This document shows, piece after piece, positions 30,388 to 37,988 of a DNA stretch of 64,000 nucleotides. Numbering within the stretch: position 1 is the stretch's first letter; the number at the start of each line of letters is the position of its first letter. The position numbers and the translations under genes are program-made. Below the pieces are notes generated by a model that was not told the DNA's origin, made no database searches, and was given only the letters and a program-made list of their open reading frames with translations. This DNA comes from an uncultured Aquificales bacterium (lineage in GTDB: Bacteria; Thermosulfidibacterota; Thermosulfidibacteria; Thermosulfidibacterales; Thermosulfidibacteraceae): assembly GCA_964453345.1 (NCBI GenBank), contig CAYVOC010000003.1, positions 1 to 64,000 of the forward strand. Reading direction: 5' to 3'.

Positions 30388-32660
30388 GAAAGTTAGGCTT
30401 TATCTACACAATAGCTTTTGTATTGGTGAGCTTTGTATGTTCTTGCGTTTCCACCGGTGGTGCCGCTGCCAAGGAGAAGAAGGCCTTAAAGGGTGAAACC
30501 GGGCCTCAAAAGAGGGAAGAAAAGGGGATTGTTTATATTCCGGAGCACAAGCTTCCTAAAAAGGTTCTGGTTCTGTTTCCGGTTGCGGACAAGGGAGTAA
30601 AGGTTGATAAACAGTTTTCCTTGATGCTCAGATCGGTTTTGCAGAACTACTTAAGCAGCAAGGGGTATATTGTAAGATACGCGGACAAGCTTCCAGCTTC
30701 CCTATCCGGTGCCATTAATCCTGATGATTTTAAGGATATCTTCTCTAAGGTTCCGGATATTGACGGGTATATATCGGTTAAGGTTTTTAGCTTTTCGGGC
30801 GTTAACGCTGTCTTTGTGAAGCTGTATAGACTTGATGCTCAGATTTGTATGTATAGCAGAAAATACGGGAAGTTGGGGTGCTGGAGGGATTCTGTAAGCA
30901 GAAGGAGGATATCTATATCTACCGATCCTATAGGAATAGCTGCTCAGGTTCTGGGTAGCGTGCTTAGTGATACCTCTACTACCAAGAAGAAGACCCTCAT
31001 TATGGAGTGGGCCTACAATATATCCTCTTTGATTCCGGGTTTTTCGTTTGCGGAGAAAAAACCCAAAATTTACAGAGTCATAACAAATGTGTCGGGTAAA
31101 TTTTTCAAGATGGGCGACAGGATAGTTGTGGCTGCTGAAGGCGACCCGGGAATGGATGCATACTTTGATATAGGAACCTTCAAGAGAAACATAAAGATGG
31201 TTGAGACAAGCAAGCCGGGAATATACCAGGGAGTCTATGTGGTTCAAAGGGGGGATGATGCCGTTAATCAGTATATTGTTGTTAGACTGTTGAATTCCCA
31301 AGGGGAAAAAAGCGAATGGCTTGAACTTGAGCCGCCTGTGAACATAGATGGTATTCCTCCTAAACCACCGGTTGACGTTTCTTATGCCGTTCTTCCAGAG
31401 GGGGTTAGATTAAGCTGGAGATGCGTGGATGGGACGACTGTTGCTTTTGAGATTTTCAGAAGTCTGCAGCCTCTGTCGGGCTATTCCCTCTTGGGAAAAA
31501 CGGCGGATCTGAAGTTTGAGGATAGGACTGCTAAACCGGGGGTTGAGTATTACTACAGAATAGTGGCCCTCGATAGCGTTGGTAACAGGTCGGCTCCTCT
31601 GCAGGTGGGACCTGTAAGGGTTCCCGTAAGGAACGCTCTTTTGAATGGAACCGTAGTGGGTAGCCTTGTTCCTGGAACCTATCTTCTTGGTGGTAAACTT
31701 GAAATTCCTCCCGGCAAGAGTCTGGTTGCTTCGGAGGGGGTCCACTTTAGAATCACCAACAGCACTGAGTTAAAGGTTGGTGGAACCCTTGAGTTGTATA
31801 ATGCCGATTTCGATTTTGAAGGAAACGGAACTCTGATTGTTCGTGCTGAATCGGGATCCGCTTTGAAGGTTAGAAATGTGAATTTCAAAACCGCAAAAAT
31901 CTTCTTAAATGGGACCGCCAACATTGAAGATGCCAGGTTTTATGATCGGGTTGTGGTTGGGAAGGATGCGGATGTTGTGATGAAGAGGGTGAAGTTCAGT
32001 TCGGAAACACCTCTTGTTGTAAACGGGGGAAGATTGAGGCTAATTGAATGTGAATTTAGAAAATGCAAGGTAGGTGTGGAGGTTGTGGAGGGAAATGTTG
32101 TTGTTGAAAAGTCCAACTTCTTTGATGTGCATCTTTTGGTGAAAAATAGAAGGGGTAATGTTCTTGTTAAAGAAAGTTACTTGGGATCTTCCGATCCGGC
32201 GACCTTCAGGGTTGAGGGTGAGGTTAAAATTGCATCATTTCTTGATATGCCCTACCCCGATGGGAATGTTGTGAAGTATGATCCTGAAAGGCTCAAAAAG
32301 GAGGCCGAAAGCTTAGTTTCCCAGGCTGTTTCCTATGTTAAAAAGGGCAACTATGGCAATGCCCTCGAGCTTCTTAATAAAGCTTATAGGTTAGACAAAT
32401 CAAAGCAGGTGTATTACTGGTTAGCCTATGTTTACACGATGATGGGAGAGGATGATAAGCTTTCCAGGGTTATAGATGAGGCAATGGAGAGGTATCCCTA
32501 TGAAGTCAACATATACCAGCTGGCTGTTAGGTATTACATTTTCAAGGGCAATTACAAACAGGCCGGGAAGATACTTGAAAGGGCCTTAAAACTTCAGCCT
32601 AACAATCCGACTCTGTTGTCTTTAAAGGCGCTGTTAGATAGTATGATGAAAAAGAGATAA
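30384..32660 (+). CDS. Multidomain lipoprotein: DUF799/GNA1162-like, Ig-like, FN3, beta-helix, TPR
   Basis: Lipobox-like VCSC; FN3 motif (VRLSW..FEIFRS..PGVEYYYRIVALD..GNRS); parallel-beta-helix-like repeats; C-terminal TPRs. GTGA overlap with the upstream stop. Domain names are by eye. Confidence 0.7.
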   Translation: MRKLGFIYTIAFVLVSFVCSCVSTGGAAAKEKKALKGETGPQKREEKGIVYIPEHKLPKKVLVLFPVADKGVKVDKQFSLMLRSVLQNYLSSKGYIVRYADKLPASLSGAINPDDFKDIFSKVPDIDGYISVKVFSFSGVNAVFVKLYRLDAQICMYSRKYGKLGCWRDSVSRRRISISTDPIGIAAQVLGSVLSDTSTTKKKTLIMEWAYNISSLIPGFSFAEKKPKIYRVITNVSGKFFKMGDRIVVAAEGDPGMDAYFDIGTFKRNIKMVETSKPGIYQGVYVVQRGDDAVNQYIVVRLLNSQGEKSEWLELEPPVNIDGIPPKPPVDVSYAVLPEGVRLSWRCVDGTTVAFEIFRSLQPLSGYSLLGKTADLKFEDRTAKPGVEYYYRIVALDSVGNRSAPLQVGPVRVPVRNALLNGTVVGSLVPGTYLLGGKLEIPPGKSLVASEGVHFRITNSTELKVGGTLELYNADFDFEGNGTLIVRAESGSALKVRNVNFKTAKIFLNGTANIEDARFYDRVVVGKDADVVMKRVKFSSETPLVVNGGRLRLIECEFRKCKVGVEVVEGNVVVEKSNFFDVHLLVKNRRGNVLVKESYLGSSDPATFRVEGEVKIASFLDMPYPDGNVVKYDPERLKKEAESLVSQAVSYVKKGNYGNALELLNKAYRLDKSKQVYYWLAYVYTMMGEDDKLSRVIDEAMERYPYEVNIYQLAVRYYIFKGNYKQAGKILERALKLQPNNPTLLSLKALLDSMMKKR

Positions 32661-32673
32661 AAAACTTGAGGAG

Positions 32674-33822
32674 GTGTTTGTTATGAGGGGAGCATTCAGA
32701 AGACTTTTGGTTGTTGAGTTGTTTATCTTTCTGTTTTCGCTTTCGGCTTTTGCTGTGACGGTTGAGGTTGTTGGACAGGGGCCAACGAGGCAGGCTGCCA
32801 TAAATAACGCTCTCAGAGCTGCTATAGAGCAGGCTTTGGGGACCAGTATAGAGTCAAAGACAAGGGTCAATATGGGAAGACTCGATTACGACAGGATAAT
32901 AACCGCAAGCGCTGGATACATTAAAAACTACTCTGTCATAGCCGAGGGGAAGGACCCTGTTGAGGGCATTTATAAGGTGAAGCTCAGAGTTACCGTTGAT
33001 GACTACAAGCTCAAAGAAGACTTCTTTAACGAGTTCAAGCGCAATCCCAGGGCGCAGAAGATTTTTGTAAAGAGCAGGCTTGATAGCAAAAGGGTGGTTG
33101 TTCTTTACTCCAAGCGCGCTCACAACTCCCTTCCATACAACACGATGCCGGTTAAGGAGATTATCGATAGGATAGAGGATAAGTTGGCCGGTTACGGCTT
33201 CAGGGTTTTTCTGCCGGAGCAGATTGCCAGGATAAAGACCAGGGCCACTGAACTTGCCATCGATGAGGAGACGGCTATTCAGATAGCCCGTCAGGAAGAT
33301 GGAGATGTGGTGGTCCTGGTGGATGTTCAGGCCGGTAAGAGAAGAACCCCCGATGGCTTTTACATCATATACGCTACCGTTTCCCTTAAAGCCTTTGATG
33401 TTACAACGGGGGAGTTGTTTGCCAATGTTATAAAGAGGGGCAAAACCATAGCAAGGGGAGGATCCTACGGCCTTGAAGAGGGAGCTGCAAGAGCCGTGGC
33501 CAAGGTCGCTCCCAAGGCGGTTGATCAGCTTGTCAAGAAGATCGTTGCAAGGTTGAGCACCAGCCACGAGAAGTTCATTGTGTTTATCTTCAGGGATGTT
33601 GATATGGATACGCAGCTCAAACTGCAGGATCTTTTTGCCAATCAGCTTGGCTGGGACTTCAGGGTTGCAAGGCAATATGGAACCTACCTTGAGGTTGAAG
33701 TCTTTTCCGAAAATGATCCCACATCTGCCAATCTGCAGTTTTACAGGGCCGCTAAGCAGGCGGGAATTCTGTTGAACCTTGTGGAGATGAAGGGATCGAG
33801 GATTGTTTATTCTGGAGAATAA
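32674..33822 (+). CDS. Exported protein with FlgT N-terminal-like domain
   Basis: Signal peptide ending AFA; VEVVGQG..RQAAINNALRAAIEQALG..IES.T.V....L..D.I....GYIKNY.V...Y.VKLRV.V resembles FlgT_N; central alpha/beta (TolB-N/CsgG-like) region. Confidence 0.7.
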   Translation: MFVMRGAFRRLLVVELFIFLFSLSAFAVTVEVVGQGPTRQAAINNALRAAIEQALGTSIESKTRVNMGRLDYDRIITASAGYIKNYSVIAEGKDPVEGIYKVKLRVTVDDYKLKEDFFNEFKRNPRAQKIFVKSRLDSKRVVVLYSKRAHNSLPYNTMPVKEIIDRIEDKLAGYGFRVFLPEQIARIKTRATELAIDEETAIQIARQEDGDVVVLVDVQAGKRRTPDGFYIIYATVSLKAFDVTTGELFANVIKRGKTIARGGSYGLEEGAARAVAKVAPKAVDQLVKKIVARLSTSHEKFIVFIFRDVDMDTQLKLQDLFANQLGWDFRVARQYGTYLEVEVFSENDPTSANLQFYRAAKQAGILLNLVEMKGSRIVYSGE

Positions 33823-33840
33823 TACATGTGGAGGGGAAAG

Positions 33841-34869
33841 ATGCGAAGGGTTTTTGTGAACTATAAATTGTTGGTTGTGCTCTTACTGGGTTTGTTTTTG
33901 GTGGCTTGTGAGGTTGCCCCCACGGTTGATATGGGCAAGCTTTCTAAGAATCCAGAGGATATGAAGATTGCAAAAATAAAACCGCCAACTTACGTTGTGA
34001 AAAAGCAAAAACCCAGAATAGTTGTTCTCCCTTTTGAAGATAACACCAATGTTTCTAATTGTAATCTCGGGAAAATTGCCACGGATACCGTTCACAATGT
34101 TCTCGCTTCTGCTGGTTCCTACAGAGTGGTTGAGAGATCGAAGGCAAAGGCCATTGCAAGGGAACTTGGATTCCAGGAGAGTCACGGAGTTGATTGGGAC
34201 AAGATAGAGCAGAAGTATTTTGCCCTGGGTAAGAATATAAATTATGCTGTTGTTGGCACGGTAACAGCAGCAGATTATGAAATTAATCGCGGAAAGGTTC
34301 CCGGCGTTACTGCTAAGGTTATTCTCAATGTTAGGATCATAGATCTTCGCAAGGGTGAAGTCGTTCAGGCCTTTGAGGTTAGCGGTGATGTTTATAAAAG
34401 CGGAACAACCATGCTGAACTGTGGTATGTTCCAGGAGGCTGTTAAGGAAGCCGTTACCTGTCCTCTCTTGGTTAAGCTTAGAGAAACTATTCCCCAGTTT
34501 GGTTACATAAGAGAGATAAGAACGTATCCCATGAAGGATAACAAGGTTGCCAAGGTTCTCTTTATAAATCTTGGCAGCTCCGATGGATTAAAACCGGGTG
34601 ACAAGGTGAAGATTATAAGGCTTGAGAGAAGCAGGGATCCTGTTACCGGCAAAGTATCTTTCAGATACGTTGAAATAGGTGAGGGAGTTGTGGCGAAAAA
34701 CGGACTTATGCCTAATGAGAGTATGGTGTTGGTTAACGATCCGGCGGTTATCCCGAAGTTGAGGGTGGGATACCTTGTGAGACCTACTGCTGCCAAGGTC
34801 GAAGCCCGTTGTGCTGCTGGTGCCTTTGGAGAAGGTTTTATGAAGTTCTTGGATTCTCTTTCCAAGTAA
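33841..34869 (+). CDS. CsgG/HfaB-like lipoprotein with FlgT C-terminal-like domain
   Basis: Lipobox LVAC; RIVVLPFED, YRVVERS, YAVVGTVT, LNVRIIDL..GEVV (CsgG-like); INLG..DGLKPGD.V.I....DPVTG....IG (FlgT_C-like). Alternative start at 33826. Confidence 0.75.
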   Translation: MRRVFVNYKLLVVLLLGLFLVACEVAPTVDMGKLSKNPEDMKIAKIKPPTYVVKKQKPRIVVLPFEDNTNVSNCNLGKIATDTVHNVLASAGSYRVVERSKAKAIARELGFQESHGVDWDKIEQKYFALGKNINYAVVGTVTAADYEINRGKVPGVTAKVILNVRIIDLRKGEVVQAFEVSGDVYKSGTTMLNCGMFQEAVKEAVTCPLLVKLRETIPQFGYIREIRTYPMKDNKVAKVLFINLGSSDGLKPGDKVKIIRLERSRDPVTGKVSFRYVEIGEGVVAKNGLMPNESMVLVNDPAVIPKLRVGYLVRPTAAKVEARCAAGAFGEGFMKFLDSLSK

Positions 34870-34888
34870 GCTTTGAGGAGGGTTAGAT

Positions 34889-36082
34889 ATGAAGCGTATA
34901 GCTGCTTTGTTTGTGGTTTTAGGGTTGGTTTTGGCTTGTGCCAAGCCGAAACCTAAGCCTGTGTCGCTGGAGGATACGCCTCAGCATCACTATTTGCAGG
35001 GGATGGAGCTTGTTGAAGAGGGGAAGATAGATGAGGCTGAACAGAGATTTGATAGGGCAGTATATCTGGATCCTGACTATGCCCGGGCTTATGCTGGTAA
35101 AGCCTTGGTGTATGCCATTAGAGCCGGCTCTCAGAGGGATAAAGAGCATGCAGCAGTGGACCTTGAGAGGGCTCTCGATTATCTGAAGAAGGCCTGTAAG
35201 AAGGCAAAAGACGATACGGATAAGTTCTCGGTGTATGTGACGGCTATTAGGGTTTATACCGAGGGTCACCCTGATGGCTGGCTTGATAGGGCCAAGGAGT
35301 ATTATGATGATGCCATGGAGCTTGAAAAGGTCGATGAGGGCGGATTGATCTACTACCAGACTAAGGCTGCGGCTCCCTATTTCATGGGAATTGCCTACTA
35401 TAAGGCATACGCTTTCCACAAGGCTGAGGAGATGTTAGGAAGGGTTCTTTCGATGAAGCCAGGCAAATGGCATGATCCTGCAGATAGACTCTATAAAAAG
35501 ATCCAGAAGATATTGAGGGCTTCTGCGGAGTATACTCTGACCAAGGTTGCCAAAAAAATCGCCGTTAAGGATAGGGTAGGCAGAGGGGATGTGGCAGCTT
35601 TGCTGGTTGATGAGTTGCACCTGGATAAGTTCTTTGCGGGAAGGATATCATCCAGGACCAACAGGCCTGAGCCCGATTTCGTCCCCGCTGATGTTGTGAA
35701 TCACATGTTCAGGCGTGAGATAATGACGGTGCTGAAGTGGCATATAAGGGGACTTGAACCTCAGTATGATCCAACCACAAAGGCCTACCTGTTTAAGCCT
35801 GATGAGCCTCTCAAGAGGAAGGAGCTGGCTTTGATCCTTGAGGATTTGCTCATCAAGATAACCGGTGATCAGAGTTTGGCGACCAAATATTTTGGAGCGG
35901 ATCACTCCCCCTTCCCCGATGTTCCTCCTACGGTTCCCTGGTTTAATGCTGTGATGAATGTGGTGAGCAGGGGCTTGATGGAAACGGATCTTTCCGGTGA
36001 TTTTAGACCCGATGATTACGTTGATGGTGCCGAATTGCTACTTGCCATTATGAAATTGCGCAATGTGCTTCATAACTATTAA
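34889..36082 (+). CDS. TPR lipoprotein with C-terminal S-layer homology (SLH) repeats
   Basis: Lipobox VLAC; N-terminal TPRs; SLH-like DV..H......FKPDEPLKRKELA and PFPDVP...WFNAV..VV.RGLM....G.FRPD..VDGAE. Confidence 0.78.
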   Translation: MKRIAALFVVLGLVLACAKPKPKPVSLEDTPQHHYLQGMELVEEGKIDEAEQRFDRAVYLDPDYARAYAGKALVYAIRAGSQRDKEHAAVDLERALDYLKKACKKAKDDTDKFSVYVTAIRVYTEGHPDGWLDRAKEYYDDAMELEKVDEGGLIYYQTKAAAPYFMGIAYYKAYAFHKAEEMLGRVLSMKPGKWHDPADRLYKKIQKILRASAEYTLTKVAKKIAVKDRVGRGDVAALLVDELHLDKFFAGRISSRTNRPEPDFVPADVVNHMFRREIMTVLKWHIRGLEPQYDPTTKAYLFKPDEPLKRKELALILEDLLIKITGDQSLATKYFGADHSPFPDVPPTVPWFNAVMNVVSRGLMETDLSGDFRPDDYVDGAELLLAIMKLRNVLHNY

Positions 36083-36100
36083 AATTCTGGAGGTGTAAAA

Positions 36101-37009
36101 ATGCTGAGAAGGGCGGTCAGTTTTTTGGGGTGTTTGCTTTTGGCCTTTGGCACCCTTTGGGCTCAGGGGTGGGAGGAGATAACTACACCGGTTAAAATAT
36201 TTGAAGAGGGCTACATCCAGGTTATTGGTCTGTCGGAGGAGGGACAGAGCCGCTTCAGGGCTATAAGGGCGGCGGAGGTTGATGCCCAGAGGAAGCTTTT
36301 AGAGATCATACAGGGTCTCTCTCTTTATGGGGAGACAACCGTCAGGGACGGGATGCTCCAGAGCGATGTTGTGAGAACAACGGTCAGAGGATTTCTCAGG
36401 GGAGCGGTAAAGTGTGGAGAGAAGTATTACCCCGATAGAGGATACGCTGAGGTTTGCATGAGGCTTTACATAAGGGGCAGAGGCGGAATGTATGATGTGA
36501 TTCTGCCCCTCATGAAGAAGGAGAAGCTTCTCCCACCGCCTCTTCCGGAGTATAAGCCTAAGCTGATCCCCAAGGTTGTTGAGGAAGGGAAAAAGGAGGT
36601 TGTGGTGCCCGAAAAGAAGGAGGAAGCGCCTTCTAAGCCTGAGGTGGCTGCTCCCTCTGAGCTCAAGACGGTTTATGATGGGCTTATAGTGGATGTTAGA
36701 AACTTTAACTTCAAGCCCGCCCTTGTTAACAGGATCATAACGGAGAAGAAGGAAGTGGTTTTTGATCCTTCCAAGATTGCAAGCAACATACTTATCGAGA
36801 GGGGATGCGGCGGCTTTACCACCGATCTCGGCAAGGCAAAGGCTCTTCTCGCATCCTGGGGTTCCAAGAATCCCATGGTTGTGAAGGCTGTGGGTGTTTA
36901 TAAATCCACCGACGCTGAGGTTTCCTCTGACGATGCCGCTGCTATCTTTGTCCACGATCAGAAGAGCAACTTCCTCGCTGAGGCAAGGGTTGTTTTTCTA
37001 CTGAAATAG
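36101..37009 (+). CDS. Exported LPP20/FlgP-like protein
   Basis: AIRAAEVDAQRKLLE.IQGL.L.GETTVRD.ML.SD.V.T.V.G.LRGA matches the LPP20/FlgP pattern; Pro/Glu/Lys linker; C-terminal YDGLIVD..NPMVVKA..ARVVF domain. Confidence 0.72.
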   Translation: MLRRAVSFLGCLLLAFGTLWAQGWEEITTPVKIFEEGYIQVIGLSEEGQSRFRAIRAAEVDAQRKLLEIIQGLSLYGETTVRDGMLQSDVVRTTVRGFLRGAVKCGEKYYPDRGYAEVCMRLYIRGRGGMYDVILPLMKKEKLLPPPLPEYKPKLIPKVVEEGKKEVVVPEKKEEAPSKPEVAAPSELKTVYDGLIVDVRNFNFKPALVNRIITEKKEVVFDPSKIASNILIERGCGGFTTDLGKAKALLASWGSKNPMVVKAVGVYKSTDAEVSSDDAAAIFVHDQKSNFLAEARVVFLLK

Positions 37010-37017
37010 ACCTTTTA

Positions 37018-37048
37018 AAGAAGGGGGCTGTAAATCAGCCCCCTTCTT
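37018..37048 (+). terminator. Intrinsic terminator hairpin closing the envelope gene block
   Basis: Perfect 13-bp stem AAGAAGGGGGCTG / CAGCCCCCTTCTT with loop TAAAT, starting 8 nt after the stop at 37009. Confidence 0.85.
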
Positions 37049-37088
37049 GGGCCTTCCCTTCTATCTTTCCGTGGAGAGTGATGGGTCG

Positions 37089-37988
37089 ATGAATCTTATC
37101 GGGAAGAGCTGGTGGGAGCTTTTTTCTGAGGCGGTTCGCTGCAGGTTTGAGGTGAGGGGGGATTTCTTTGAGTTCTGTTCCATTATAAATGCGAAAAGCG
37201 GCATATGTAATGGCGGTTGTGGTTTTTGTGCTCAGGCCTATCCCTCTAAAACTAAGGCTCCTGTCTATCCGCTTGTGGGTGTGGATGAGATGCTCAAAGG
37301 AGCCGTTGAAGCGAAGAAGAACGGAGCTATACGCTATAGCATTGTGACAAGCGGTAGATCTCTTGGCGAGTCTGAGATAGGGATTGTCGCTGAGGCGGTT
37401 GGGAGGATCAAAAGGGAGGTGGGGATAGAGGTTGATGTCTCCCTTGGAATTATACCCGATGAGTTTATTGAGGAGCTGAAGGCGGCAGGGGTCAGAAGGA
37501 TACATCATAATCTGGAGTCCTCTGAAAGATTTTATCCTGTGATAACCGATAGGATTGACTGGAGGGAGAAGTTCAAATTCTGCGAGAGGGTTAAGGAGCA
37601 TGGTCTTGAGCTTTGCTGCGGGGGGCTTTTCGGGTTGGGGGAGGGAGAGGAGGACTGGAAGCTGCTTGCCGATGCCCTTGAGTCCTTAGAGGTTGATTCT
37701 ATACCCTTGAACTTTCTTATTCCCATACCAGGGACTCCTCTCGGTGGTGAGAGAAGGCTTTCACCGGTGGATTGTATAAAGATCGCTTCTTACTTCAGGT
37801 TGAGGTTTCCCAAGGCTGAGCTTAGGGTCTGTGGGGGTAGAGAGTATAACCTCGGTCAGTTGCAGGCCCTTCTGCCATTGGTTGTTGACGGCTTTATGGT
37901 GGGAGGGTATCTGACCCGTCCGGGAAGGGATCCGGCTCTGGATAGGGAACTTATAGAATCCCTGGGGCTGAGGCTTGCGGGGCTTTGA
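37089..37988 (+). CDS. bioB: Biotin synthase
   Basis: SIINAKSG.CxxxCxFCAQ, HHNLESS, CCGG.FGLGE, SIPLNFL.PIPGTPL, LRVCGGRE, GGYLT..G. Start uncertain (37071 or 37089). Confidence 0.9.
   Translation: MNLIGKSWWELFSEAVRCRFEVRGDFFEFCSIINAKSGICNGGCGFCAQAYPSKTKAPVYPLVGVDEMLKGAVEAKKNGAIRYSIVTSGRSLGESEIGIVAEAVGRIKREVGIEVDVSLGIIPDEFIEELKAAGVRRIHHNLESSERFYPVITDRIDWREKFKFCERVKEHGLELCCGGLFGLGEGEEDWKLLADALESLEVDSIPLNFLIPIPGTPLGGERRLSPVDCIKIASYFRLRFPKAELRVCGGREYNLGQLQALLPLVVDGFMVGGYLTRPGRDPALDRELIESLGLRLAGL

Noticed and set aside
33841-34869. Curli secretion system suggested by the CsgG-like gene
   Set aside because: No csgA, csgB, csgE or csgF-like genes and no amyloid-repeat ORFs nearby. The CsgG-like fold occurs in many non-curli lipoproteins.
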